DNA of 64,000 nucleotides from Flectonema sp. DT1601 (taxonomy: Eukaryota), in contig OZ025788.1 of the NCBI GenBank assembly GCA_964019425.1, positions 1,364,001-1,428,000 of the forward strand. Reading direction: 5' to 3'. The translations under genes were made by a program, and so were the position numbers. Below the pieces are notes generated by a model. That model was not told the origin of the DNA, made no database searches, and saw only the letters and a list, made by a program, of their open reading frames with translations. Below, piece by piece: positions 1 through 12,500 of this stretch (its first letter is position 1; the number at the start of each line of letters is the position of its first letter).

Positions 1-58
1 CAAGAAGAGAGCTCTCGCCAACGGTGAGTCATGGTCATCTGATGAGGATGATATGTAA
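1..58 (+). CDS. 3' end of the terminal exon of an upstream eEF3 copy (partial)
   Basis: Bases 1-58 are identical to 6811-6868 (...KKRALANGESWSSDEDDM*); TAA at 56-58. Confidence 0.9.
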   Translation, partial: KKRALANGESWSSDEDDM

Positions 59-1520
59 GATACAATGAATAAGGTTCTTAAAATTATTTTTTAGTTTCGT
101 CTTACCACGTTTATTGATTGCTTGTATGACACTATGAAAATTAAATTGCCAGTTTTTTGACTTTAGTCAGAAGGGCTGTGATTGTTAAGAAGGGACGCAT
201 TTTGTATTATCGAAATTCTGACTTTTGGTCGGAAGTTGGGTGACACAGAATTTAAGAAAATAAAATATAAAAGCTGATCAAAAGGAGAAGATTATTATTC
301 TCCACCTCCGTCGTAAATTTATTGCTGAAACTTTGACTCTGCAAGTTATTAAAACAGCAATATTTAATCTTTGTGAGTGAATGAATATTATCCAATAGCG
401 ATTGAGTGCCACTTCCCTTCCAACTCAGTTGCCATGTTTGTTCCTCTCCCATTTTTTATCACTTCCCGTCCATCATTCGTTTTTTTTCTTTTCTCATTTT
501 GTTATTTCAATCTCAATTCAAAGGTGATTTGAGTTTGTTGTTTCCGATTCAGTTTTAATAAAAATAAGTTCCTTTTATACAGCAAGATGAAAATGCAAAG
601 ATGTGCGATGAATTAAGCAGCGATGACGAAGCGTAAACAGTTGTTGAATGTTGTTACAAGTGAATCTTAATTAGAGAATCAATTATGCAGCCTTTTTAAA
701 GAGGGGGGGAAGTACCTCTATTTTATTGGGGAAATTTCTTTTTTCGGAAATGTCAGGAATTCGGAATCCCTTTATATAAGAGTATTCATCACACATGTTA
801 TTCTTGCGAGACTACCACTTTTAATGTGGTTCACTTCACACTCTTCAATTAATGATTCTGAAGGCTTCTTTTTCTTCTTCACATAAAAGTTGCTCATTTC
901 AATTTTGAATGGGTAGCTATGCTTCTCCTCTTTCGGTAGCCGCTCTGAGCTGCTTCAGGCATCACAAGGTGGGTATTATGTTAAAGGAAGCCTACGATGG
1001 AGTATTTCATAGCGAAATGACTTCGTTGAAGCGGTCATACTGAGCATAACAGTAACGTCGCACCCAGAAAGGAATTCCAGCAGTTTTGCAATCACGTTTA
1101 TCCAGATTTTTGTCGTCCCATTGGACTCTCTCCTACTAGTCTCCGTGTTGTCAATCAGTAATTGCAGTCGCTCAATTATCACTTTTGTAGTAATGTTTGT
1201 TTTTGTTATGTTTGGGGTTCTCGCCACAAGCAAAAAATGCAAGATTCTTTTCTCTTACAAAGATTACGAGTAAAGTGGAATTGATTTTTTTAGGGACAGG
1301 GCTGGGTCGATTGAGTTGTACATGCCCGCAGTTTACTGTTGACTAGAATGGTACCAGACTTTTGACATCCACGTAGGAATCTAATAACATGGCATCCTTG
1401 TATTCGATACCCAGACATGATTCAATGTAAGGATCGCATTTATAATTGACGTTTGGAACACGCATCCACACATTCTTACAGCCATATAAACACCCCGAAG
1501 CAAATAGTAACTCAAAAATA

Positions 1521-2768
1521 ATGCAAGTTTTCGTGACGTGCCCGGATTTGGGACTCCCCGCGGTGACGGTGACGGCTAGTGCTGATTCGTTTGTGAATGA
1601 CGTATTGATGGCGGCTACTGGGGAGTGGGATGTCGATCCGGAGGAAGTTGAACTCTCGTTTGCTGGTGATACTCTTTGCGAAAATGAGCGGATAGCAGAT
1701 CATGGAGTGGTTGCAAACAGCGAGTTGGAATTGTGTAGGAAGCAGTTTCGGATATTCGGTAAATGCTGGTTCGCTGATGATACAAAACGGGAGAAGCTGC
1801 TTCTTTGGATCAGAGAGCACGCTAAGGAAGATTTATATCTGGACACCCCAACATTCTCAAAGGATGGGTGCCTCACTGTCAACGGTAACCTGCTGCCTTC
1901 GGATGCCGAACGAGTTGCTTTCCGTAATTCAAATTCCAGCAGCACAGTCATCTCACGAGTTACTACTGTCGGAGATAAATTCTTGTATCCCTGTTCACAA
2001 ATAACTGCTCTTGACCTTTCTGGTCTTAGTGGTGTCACCACTATTGGAAGTTATTTCTTGTCCAACTGTTCACAAATAACTGCTCTTGACCTTACAGGCC
2101 TTAGTAGTGTTACCACTATTGGAGGTTATTTTATGTCTAACTGTTCACAAATAGCTGCTCTTGACCTTTCAAGTCTTAGTAGCGTCACCACTATTGGAGG
2201 TTATTTCTTGTCTAACTGTTCACAAATCAATGCTCTTGACCTTTCTGGTCTTAATGAAGTCACTATTATTGGAAGCTACTTCTTGCCTTCCTGTTCACAA
2301 ATAACTACTCTTGACCTTTCTGGTCTTAGTAGTGTCACCATTATTGGAAGTCATTTCTTGCCTTCCTGTAAACAAATCACTGCTATTGACTTCTCAGGTC
2401 TTAGTAGTGTCACAAGAATTAATAATAATTTCTTGTATTCTTGTTCACAAATAACTACTCTTGACCTTTCAAATCTTAGTAGGGTCACCACCGTTGGAAG
2501 TTTTTTCTTGTCTTTCTGTTCACGAATCGCTTCTCTAGACCTCTCAGGCCTAAGTAGTGTCACCACTATTGGGAATTTTTTCTTGTATTCCTGTTCACGA
2601 ATCGCTACTCTTGACCTTTCAGGTCTTAGTAGTGTTGCGAAAATTGGTACTTCTTTTCTCAGTGATTGCGATGCTCTTGAATCTGTTCAACTTCCAAAAA
2701 ACAACAGCGCTCTCTTTGAGAAGTCTGTTAAAACAGCAATTGATCATAAAAATAAAGAAGGGAATTGA
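1521..2768 (+). CDS. Ubiquitin-like N-terminal domain plus 25-aa leucine-rich repeats (BspA/TpLRR-like)
   Basis: First ATG at 1521. MQVFVT...ELSFAGDTL...IADHGVVANSELEL resembles a ubiquitin fold. About 9 repeats of CSQITALDLSGLSSVTTIGxxFLxx follow. Confidence 0.8.
   Translation: MQVFVTCPDLGLPAVTVTASADSFVNDVLMAATGEWDVDPEEVELSFAGDTLCENERIADHGVVANSELELCRKQFRIFGKCWFADDTKREKLLLWIREHAKEDLYLDTPTFSKDGCLTVNGNLLPSDAERVAFRNSNSSSTVISRVTTVGDKFLYPCSQITALDLSGLSGVTTIGSYFLSNCSQITALDLTGLSSVTTIGGYFMSNCSQIAALDLSSLSSVTTIGGYFLSNCSQINALDLSGLNEVTIIGSYFLPSCSQITTLDLSGLSSVTIIGSHFLPSCKQITAIDFSGLSSVTRINNNFLYSCSQITTLDLSNLSRVTTVGSFFLSFCSRIASLDLSGLSSVTTIGNFFLYSCSRIATLDLSGLSSVAKIGTSFLSDCDALESVQLPKNNSALFEKSVKTAIDHKNKEGN
1992..2666 (+). 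repeat. 75-bp coding tandem repeat (about 9 units) encoding the LRRs
   Basis: A tgttcacaaataactgctcttgacc-like unit recurs every 75 bp (1992, 2067, 2142 ... 2592). Confidence 0.9.
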
Positions 2769-3401
2769 TTCTTAAACTTTTACTTTTTTATTTTTATTTA
2801 CTGGACATAAATAGTTAAAAGAAAACCAGCACATTGAAACCGTTGGCGTTGTATTGTTCGTGTCGAACGTCATATCCAAAACATTACTAATCACCCTTTT
2901 ATTAAATAACACTAACTTATTATTACTCACGAGTAATGTTTTCCAATATAAATTGTTCCCTTTATCTTTTTCACTTCCGCAATATTTTTGTTTGAATCCC
3001 AACTTTCCTTTTCGTGTGTAGGTGCAAGGTTACAAAAGAAATTTACCTTTTCTTGCGTTGTACCCCCACGGTATTTACTGGTTTGGAGCCAGTTTTCAAA
3101 ATAAGTGATGTTTGTGATTCACCGACCGCTCCCTTACTGTACGGATGCTTTGTTAGGGATTTCTTAATTCTTTAATTTGAATTCTTAATTATAAACTACA
3201 TTTCTTTATCAGGTTCACATAGTGATGTAATATGAGTTCCCAAACCACTCGAATAGCATAAGCTTGAATTTATATTACTCAGCAAAAAACTTCCGTGAGA
3301 AACATTGAGTTCATCGACAGCGTAAGTTACAAACACACTTCCCCTTCTGTGATATTTAATTATGAACATGACGTGTTGTGAATGTAATCTGTAAACTTCA
3401 A

Positions 3402-3418
3402 TTCTTCCTCCTCTCAGA
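3402..3418 (+). promoter_or_regulatory. Polypyrimidine tract plus AG, putative spliced-leader trans-splice acceptor of eEF3 copy 1
   Basis: ttcttcctcctctcag lies about 45 nt before the ATG and is retained in copy 2. Similar tracts precede LMBR1 (14336-14353), M1 (23863-23879), the 27903 gene (27851-27869) and DHHC (to 59709). Confidence 0.55.
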
Positions 3419-3463
3419 TAAGTTTTCTTGTATCACATCAACACAAAAAAGTAATCATATCAG

Positions 3464-6400
3464 ATGGCTCCACAAATTGCTGAGGAAGCTACCAAGCTCT
3501 TCAACGCGCTCGAGGCCTCGTGCAAGGCCGACGACGCGAAGAAGTTGGCGGCGTTCTTGACCAACGCTGAGGGACAGCTCCTCGTTGAGGGAGGGTTCTT
3601 CGAGATGTTGGAGGACGCGGCAAACGCGGGAAAGAAGAAGGAGAACAGAAGACAGGCGTCGTGCATGGCGTTCGGAGCGATCAGCGAGGACGACGAATCG
3701 AAGTTGGAGGGACACACGATGAAGTTGTTCCCAACGATCGTGCAGTTGGTCGGAGACAAGACCCGCGCGGTTGCCAAGGCTGCCCAGGACGCGACGATCG
3801 CGTTCACCAAGAGATGCGCGAAGTGCCCAGCGTCAGCAAACGGAACGATGTCGGTGATGTTCGAGTGCTTGGAGTCGACGAAGTTCCAGGTGAAGATCGC
3901 TGCGTTGGAGTCTTTGACCACGTTCGCGAAGGGATGCCCAAAGGCCGTGGCGAACTGCATGCCTGAGCTGATCCCTGTGGTGTGCGACTTGCTTCACGAC
4001 ACCAAGATCGCTGTTGCGGACGAGGCGGAGGTGGCCCTGAAGGCGATCGCCGAGGTTGCGAGCAACAAGGATATCGAGGAGTTCATCCCGCTTCTGGTGA
4101 AGGCGTTGATGGAGCCAAGCAACGTTCCGGACTGCGTGTTCCAGTTGTCGTGCACGAAGTTCGTGGCGACAGTCGAGCGTCCGGAGTTGGCGTTGGTGAC
4201 TCCTCTTCTGGTCCGTGGATTCCGTGAGTCGGAGACGAAGATCATCAGACAGTGTGCGAAGATCACTGACAACTTGTCGAAGTTGGTGGAGGTGCCAACA
4301 GAGGCTGAACCACTTCTGCCAAAGCTGACTCCGGCGTTGGAGGAGGCGGCGGCGCACACCGGAGACCCAGAGTGCAGACAGGTGTGTGGAAAGGTTGTCG
4401 GACAGCTTGGAAAGTTGAAGGCGGCTGTTGAGCTTGAGAAGAAGAACTGGGTGGACGCTGCCCAGATGATCAAGATGCTGTCGGAGAGCAAGGAGGTGAA
4501 GTGCGCTGACGCAGTTGCCCTGCAGTACGCCGGAGAGCAGCTGTCATCTCTGTTCTTGATGAAGGACTTGGAGGTAGCGGACTGGGTGAAGGTTTGCAGA
4601 ACCGTTACGACCAAGGCCGAGGACGTGGCGAAGAAGCTGTTCGCTCACTGCGAGGACGCGATGAGGGGGATCGTGGAGGAAGAGGCGGAGGACGCAGCGG
4701 AGTTGTGCAACTGCAAGTTCACCCTGGCGTACGGTTCAAAGATCTTGTTGAAGAACACGCAGCTGACCCTTCTGAAGGGAGTGAAGTACGGACTGCTCGG
4801 AGGAAACGAGTGCGGTAAGACTTCGTTGTTGAAGGCGATTGCGAACGACCAAGTTGAGGGATTCCCGCCATCGACTGAGGTGAGAACGGTGTTCGTGGAG
4901 GCAGACATCCTCGGAGAGCTGAGTCACTTGAGCTGTTTGGACTACATCTTCGAAGATTCCCGTATCCAGGCTGCCGGAATCTCGCGTGAGGGAGTGCAGG
5001 ATGCGATGTCGAAGGTCGGATTCGCAGGAGCGAACGAACAGCAGGGAGGAAAGGCGGCGAGAATCATGGACCCTGTGAGCTCGTTGTCCGGAGGTTGGAG
5101 AATGAAGCTCGCGTTGGCACGTGCTATGCTTCAAAAGGCGGACATCCTTCTGATGGATGACCCAACCAACCACTTGGACGTGAAGAACGTTGCCTGGGTG
5201 GAGGACTACATCTGCAGCTTGAGCGACGTGACTTGCCTGATCGTTTCCCAGAACGCTCCGTTCTTGGAGAAGTGCTGCACCCGTATCGTGCACATCGACA
5301 GTCTTCGTCTGCACAACTTCAAGGGAAGCATTGCGGCTTTCGTGGAGGCGAACCCGGAGGCGAAGTCGTACTTCGAGCTGAAGTCGTCGAGGGGACTGAA
5401 GTTCTCGTTCCCAGAGCCTGGTTTCTTGGAGGGAGTGAACTCGAGAGGTAAGGTTCTGATCAAGATGGACAAGGTGGACTTCACTTACCCAGGAAACCCA
5501 AGGCCTACTGTGGTGGACCTGACGGTTCGTGTGTCGATGGCTTCCCGTGTGGCTTGCCTGGGACCAAACGGAGCCGGAAAGTCGACGATGATCAAGCTGT
5601 TGACCGGAGAGTTGGAACCGGCGACCGGAACCCAGTGGAAGCATCCTAACGCGAAGCTCGCGTACGTTGCGCAGCACGCTTTCCATCACATTGAGAACCA
5701 CTTGAAGAAGACCCCTGCGGAGTACATCTTGTGGAGATACGAATACGGTATCGACAAGGAGTCTCTCGAGAAGGTGACGATGGTTTTGTCGAAGGAGGAG
5801 GAGGCGAAGCTGAAGGAGATTCGTACCTGGGAGTACACGGACGAGGAGGGTCTGAAGAGAGGAAAGTTCGTGATCGAGAAGCTGTCTGGTATCAGAAAGC
5901 AGGTGAAGACGACCTACCACTACGAGGTGAAGTTCGCGGGAGCGGCGGGAGCGACCGGATTCATCCCAGAGGACAAGCTTGCGGAGCACGGTTGGGGAAA
6001 GCACGTGAAGCAGGTTGCCGAGAAGATCCTCGCCGAGCAGGGACGATTCAAGAGACCATTGACCCAGTCGAACGTGGAGAAGCTGTTGGAAGACGTTGGT
6101 CTTGAGAAGGAGTACGCGTCTCACTCGCAGATGAACGCGCTTTCCGGAGGACAGAAGGTGAAGGTTGTGTTGGGAGCTGCTATGTGGGACCAGCCTCACA
6201 TTGTCATCCTCGACGAGCCTACCAACTACCTTGACAGAGAGTCACTTGCCGCGCTCGCCGGTGCGATCGAAGAGTTCAAGGGAGGAGTCGTCATCATCAC
6301 TCACAACGACCAGTTCTCGAAGCACTTGTGTCCAGAGACCTGGTTGGTTGAGAAGGGTGACGACGGTATCGGTCACCTCGACTGCAAGGGAGACGCAGAC

Positions 6401-6868
6401 TGGATGGAGGCCGTGATGAAGGAGAAGACTGGAGCCGTCGTCATGGAGGAGATGGTTGATGCCCTTGGTAACGTTTCGAAGGTATGTTGTTGTTGTTGTT
6501 TTTGTTTTCGTTTTTTTTTAGTTTTTGTTTTGGATATTGTTTGTTTTGTTCTGTTTGTGATTCGTGTGCGAAAGCAATTGCTGCTCTCCCATCGGCTCAA
6601 CACTTGATGAAGAGTTTTCTTTTATGTTGTGTCCTTTTTTTGTTTGTTTGTTTTTTAAAGATTTGTGAAATGTTTTGTAATTTCTTACTATTGCGACGGT
6701 GACAATATCCAAACTGTGAATATGAACGAATTGAAATAATGAACATCAATACAGGTCAAGGCCCCAAAGAAGGAGTTGAGCAGAAAGGAGAGAAAGCAGC
6801 GTGAGGCCGCCAAGAAGAGAGCTCTCGCCAACGGTGAGTCATGGTCATCTGATGAGGATGATATGTAA
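3464..6868 (+). CDS. EF3: Translation elongation factor 3 (eEF3-like ABCF ATPase), copy 1; exons 3464-6481 and 6755-6868
   Basis: HEAT-like N-terminus, LCNCKFTLAYG, two ABC cassettes (LSGGW; GPNGAGKST, YVAQHAFHHI, LSGGQ, LDEPTNYLD) with a chromodomain-like insert. A phase-0 intron (GTATGT 6482...ACAG 6754) restores the basic/acidic tail VKAPKKELSRKERK...SSDEDDM. Confidence 0.93.
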
Positions 6869-8383
6869 GTATGATGTCAGTTGAAGTTGACGAGTAGTGG
6901 TCTTAATGTCCCTGACAAATTAATTGTATATTTGACTCACAGTGTTTTGCTTTTTTGGTGACTGTCTTTAGGTCTTTGTTTGTCACAAGGTTGTACCAGC
7001 ATGTAATTTTTAAAGTGGCAGTTTTTATCTTCTGCTTTTTTTTTTTTTCTTCACCTTTGCTTTTTTTGAAATTTATGAGTACAGTTCAATAACAACCACG
7101 ATAGTCTAGATGGTACCAAAAGTATTTTGGTAAGAATATGGAACTATAGAACACTGTCATCAGATGTTAAATTTCTCAATCTTTTTACGCTGGATTTTTG
7201 TTTTCTTGGAGCCTCTTGAGTTGTGTTAACGCTGCGATTGCAAAAACTCCGTCTTATTCACTCACAGGTATCAGTGTTCTTATTCGCTTTTTCTTTTTAT
7301 TTTATTTTTTTGACCTTGGATCATTCCTTCCGCTTCATCTCTGTTTTTTTAAATCATTATTTGCTTTGATTAATTGTTTCAATGTAGAGCTCTATTGTTT
7401 ACACTAATTCCAGGACAGCTTGTAGTAAGACGCTTTTATGTAGCAGCAATTGTTTGATCGTAGCACTCATACTGAAATGTTTATTGGTCTGCAAATAATT
7501 AGTCATCCTGCTACAGGAAACTTTAAGAATCATTCCGTTTTGTCAGGTGGTTTTTATACTATCGGAGGGGGTGAGAAAAGTTTGTGGTGTTCTCGTTTTT
7601 TTTTTTCTGATTCATGAAGTTCATAATAATTATTTGTAAGATTCTTGATAGAATCGCATCCGCCTTTTTGTATAGAAATAATAGTACGGCTTCGATAGAT
7701 CACCTTTCTGTCGTTGCGTATCAAACAAAACTTTCTTGGGTTGCATTGGTGACTGATTACAACCCTGTAGGAATTCAGTTCTTCGGAAAGTTTCAGCATC
7801 ATATCTGTCAAAAAGTAGAAAAACCTCCTTTAAATTCGCTAATCCCTTGCGTCGGGGGTTGCTGTTTTACAGAAGGAATTAACCCTATAAGGAGGAAAGA
7901 CGGTGAGTACATATTCGGGGGAGTAGAGCCAGTCGTGAGGGATGGCGAGATAGCATACAAGTCATCTGGGTAGTGATATGGAAATAAGCGAGGCTCCTGA
8001 AGATGATGATGCCACTGTGGAGAACAGTGGTCCCTGACAAGCGGTACTGGAAACGTATTAACCAGCTCAAGAGGTGTACGAGCTGAAGCGTCGGAACGAA
8101 CACTGGAGGAAGCGGCAAGGAAAACCAAGTGAGGGCTCGAGTTTCGGGCTCAGGCATACTCGGGAAAACCATGTCATCGAACATTTTGGCTCGTGTCCGT
8201 TTTTATAATCTTTACAAGATCTGTAACAAACGGGAAAAAAAACGAGGGAAAAAAAAATTTTTTTTTGGCAGTGGAAAAAAGGTTATTACTTTTAGTGACT
8301 ACCGAAAATGACATTATCAGGCACCCCAACAGCGAAAATCTTTTAAAATAGTTATATGGTAACCAGGGAAAAGGTTTGTCCGT

Positions 8384-8790
8384 ATGTCTCTTCCAACTTC
8401 TTTACAGCTTTCTCGTTGGTTCTATGAACGGCACATGGAAGATACAGGCAACGACGACGGAGTACTAGAGCACGTGCAGGACAAGGTGGAGGCGCTTAAC
8501 GTCGAAGCCTCACGTTACAATGTTATACCTGTAAGTAAGTTGGGGGAGGTATATGAAGGTATTCCTATAACTCTCTCTTGCAAAAACATTCAAACTAATA
8601 TTGTATTGTAATCCCCACAGCTTCAGTAATTAAGGGAGAAAGTACCCGCTTGATGAAGGTCATCGCGAATGAAAAAGTTGTGACGTGCGCCTGTTTGGTT
8701 CCTGAACAGACAGGCATACCCTGTGTCCACGCATGTGCTTTTTTGAGCTATGCAACCTTCCCCAGTATATATGATGGATGTAGCCCTTAA
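8384..8790 (+). pseudogene. SWIM zinc-finger fragment, probable MULE/Mutator transposase remnant
   Basis: A candidate intron (GTAAGT 8535...CACAG 8620) joins ORF 8384 to VVTCACLVPEQTGIPCVHACA, a CxC-x7-GIPCxH-type SWIM signature. No DDE core seen. Confidence 0.6.
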
Positions 8791-9514
8791 AACAAAAAAC
8801 AGGACACTAAAGACAATGAACCCTCTATCCACTGTCAGTAGGGAGTTTACGAATGGTGCACTACAGATCTCCTCCCACCATCAACGGAGAGGAATTGGTG
8901 CCCCAAAGAAGAGAATTTAGGCAACAGTAATCAATCAAGTTCATAATATTAACCAATCCGTTATTAGCTCAGTTATTCACAGGTTTGTATGAAAATGTTC
9001 CAAGGATATTTTGGTTGAAAACTTTTTTTTCACAAAAAAAAGTGAAGAGAAGAATTAAATCCTCAGTTCTCTTTCTTCCCGAAAATAATTCATTTACAAA
9101 AGGTTATCTTTAGAGACACACAGAATCAACAATCTATATTACTCAGACTGACAAACATGTCTCATTTTTTCAATACGCGAAACTCATAGTTACAAATTCT
9201 CAACAAATACGTGTTCTAGTATCTTAAATGTTACATTATTTACTCAACTTATTGTATAATCACCCGTAGCATTGCATATTAAAATGCAGGTTAACTTTTA
9301 ATGAATTATGTGGTATTGGTATAACTTTCATTCTTAGAAGACACACAATACAAACATTGAGTTCATCGACAGCGTAAGTTACAACACACCTCCCCTTCTG
9401 TGATATTTAATTATGAACATGACGTGTTGTGAATGTAATCTGTAAACTTCAATTCTTTCTCCTCTCAGATAAGTTTTCTTGTATCACATCAACACAAAAA
9501 AGTAATCATATCAG

Positions 9515-12500
9515 ATGGCTCCACAAATTGCTGAGGAAGCTACCAAGCTCTTCAACGCGCTCGAGGCCTCATGCAAGGCCGACGACGCGAAGAAGTTGGC
9601 GGCGTTCTTGACCAACGCTGAGGGACAGCTCCTCGTTGAGGGAGGGTTCTTCGAGATGTTGGAGGACGCGGCAAACGCGGGAAAGAAGAAGGAGAACAGA
9701 AGACAGGCGTCGTGCATGGCGTTCGGAGCGATCAGCGAGGACGACGAATCGAAGTTGGAGGGACACACGATGAAGTTGTTCCCAACGATCGTGCAGTTGG
9801 TCGGAGACAAGACCCGCGCGGTTGCCAAGGCTGCCCAGGACGCGACGATCGCGTTCACCAAGAGATGCGCGAAGTGCCCGGCGTCAGCAAACGGAACGAT
9901 GTCGGTGATGTTCGAGTGCTTGGAGTCGACGAAGTTCCAGGTGAAGATCGCTGCGTTGGAGTCTTTGACTACGTTCGCGAAGGGATGCCCAAAGGCCGTG
10001 GCGAACTGCATGCCTGAGCTGATCCCTGTGGTGTGCGACTTGCTTCACGACACCAAGATCGCTGTTGCGGACGAGGCGGAGGTGGCCCTGAAGGCGATCG
10101 CCGAGGTTGCGAGCAACAAGGATATCGAGGAGTTCATCCCGCTTCTGGTGAAGGCGTTGATGGAGCCAAGCAACGTTCCGGACTGCGTGTTCCAGTTGTC
10201 GTGCACGAAGTTCGTTGCGACAGTCGAGCGTCCGGAGTTGGCGTTGGTGACCCCTCTTCTGGTCCGTGGATTCCGTGAGTCGGAGACGAAGATCATCAGA
10301 CAGTGTGCGAAGATCACTGACAACTTGTCGAAGTTGGTGGAGGTGCCAACGGAGGCTGAGCCACTTCTGCCAAAGCTGACTCCGGCGTTGGAGGAGGCGG
10401 CGGCGCACACCGGAGACCCAGAGTGCAGACAGGTGTGTGGAAAGGTTGTCGGACAGCTTGGAAAGTTGAAGGCGGCTGTTGAGCTTGAGAAGAAGAACTG
10501 GGTGGACGCTGCCCAGATGATCAAGATGCTGTCAGAGAGCAAGGAGGTGAAGTGCGCTGACGCGGTTGCCCTGCAGTACGCCGGAGAGCAGCTGTCATCT
10601 CTGTTCTTGATGAAGGACTTGGAGGTAGCGGACTGGGTGAAGGTTTGCAGAACCGTTACGACCAAGGCTGAGGACGTGGCGAAGAAGCTGTTCGCTCACT
10701 GCGAGGACGCGATGAGGGGGATCGTGGAGGAAGAGGCGGAGGACGCAGCGGAGTTGTGCAACTGCAAGTTCACCCTGGCGTACGGTTCAAAGATCTTGTT
10801 GAAGAACACGCAGCTGACCCTTCTGAAGGGAGTGAAGTACGGACTGCTCGGAGGAAACGAGTGCGGTAAGACTTCGTTGTTGAAGGCGATTGCGAACGAC
10901 CAAGTTGAGGGATTCCCGCCATCGACTGAGGTGAGAACGGTGTTCGTGGAGGCAGACATCCTCGGAGAGCTGAGTCACTTGAGCTGTTTGGACTACATCT
11001 TCGAAGATTCCCGTATCCAGGCTGCCGGAATCTCGCGTGAGGGAGTGCAGGATGCGATGTCGAAGGTCGGATTCGCAGGAGCGAACGAACAGCAGGGAGG
11101 AAAGGCGGCGAGAATCATGGACCCTGTGAGCTCGTTGTCCGGAGGTTGGAGAATGAAGCTCGCGTTGGCACGTGCTATGCTTCAAAAGGCGGACATCCTT
11201 CTGATGGATGACCCAACCAACCACTTGGACGTGAAGAACGTTGCCTGGGTGGAGGACTACATCTGCAGCTTGAGCGACGTGACTTGCCTGATCGTTTCCC
11301 AGAACGCTCCGTTCTTGGAGAAGTGCTGCACCCGTATCGTGCACATCGACAGTCTTCGTCTGCACAACTTCAAGGGAAGCATTGCGGCTTTCGTGGAGGC
11401 GAACCCGGAGGCGAAGTCGTACTTCGAGCTGAAGTCGTCGAGGGGACTGAAGTTCTCGTTCCCAGAGCCTGGTTTCTTGGAGGGAGTGAACTCGAGAGGT
11501 AAGGTTCTGATCAAGATGGACAAGGTGGACTTCACTTACCCAGGAAACCCAAGGCCTACTGTGGTGGACCTGACGGTTCGTGTGTCGATGGCTTCCCGTG
11601 TGGCTTGCCTGGGACCAAACGGAGCCGGAAAGTCGACGATGATCAAGCTGTTGACCGGAGAGTTGGAACCGGCGACCGGAACCCAGTGGAAGCATCCTAA
11701 CGCGAAGCTCGCGTACGTTGCGCAGCACGCTTTCCATCACATTGAGAACCACTTGAAGAAGACCCCTGCGGAGTACATCTTGTGGAGATACGAATACGGT
11801 ATCGACAAGGAGTCTCTCGAGAAGGTGACGATGGTTTTGTCGAAGGAGGAGGAGGCGAAGCTGAAGGAGATTCGTACCTGGGAGTACACGGACGAGGAGG
11901 GTCTGAAGAGAGGAAAGTTCGTGATCGAGAAGCTGTCTGGTATCAGAAAGCAGGTGAAGACGACCTACCACTACGAGGTGAAGTTCGCGGGAGCGGCGGG
12001 AGCGACCGGATTCATCCCAGAGGACAAGCTTGCGGAGCACGGTTGGGGAAAGCACGTGAAGCAGGTTGCCGAGAAGATCCTCGCCGAGCAGGGACGATTC
12101 AAGAGACCATTGACCCAGTCGAACGTGGAGAAGCTGTTGGAAGACGTTGGTCTTGAGAAGGAGTACGCGTCTCACTCGCAGATGAACGCGCTTTCCGGAG
12201 GACAGAAGGTGAAGGTTGTGTTGGGAGCTGCTATGTGGGACCAGCCTCACATTGTCATCCTCGACGAGCCTACCAACTACCTTGACAGAGAGTCACTTGC
12301 CGCGCTCGCCGGTGCGATCGAAGAGTTCAAGGGAGGAGTCGTCATCATCACTCACAACGACCAGTTCTCGAAGCACTTGTGTCCAGAGACCTGGTTGGTT
12401 GAGAAGGGTGACGACGGTATCGGTCACCTCGACTGCAAGGGAGACGCAGACTGGATGGAGGCCGTGATGAAGGAGAAGACTGGAGCCGTCGTCATGGAGG

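Noticed and set aside
840..1242. Minus-strand fragment with a faint F-box-like pattern (IAKLLEFLSGCDV)
   Set aside because: Short, interrupted by stops, similarity too weak to support.
1992..2666. Regular repeats as a possible CRISPR-like array
   Set aside because: In-frame coding LRR units without unique spacers; eukaryotic context.
4736..6199. 487-aa minus-strand ORF (and its twin at 10787-12250)
   Set aside because: Antisense shadow of codon-biased eEF3; L/R/H/V-rich with no motifs.
6482..6607. CCCCC/Phe-rich hydrophobic C-terminus of the eEF3 ORFs
   Set aside because: Read-through into a (GTT)n-rich intron; the spliced exon gives the canonical tail.
6550..6740. Conserved eEF3 intron core with TGATGA as a possible C/D snoRNA
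   Set aside because: No downstream CTGA box; recent duplication explains the conservation.
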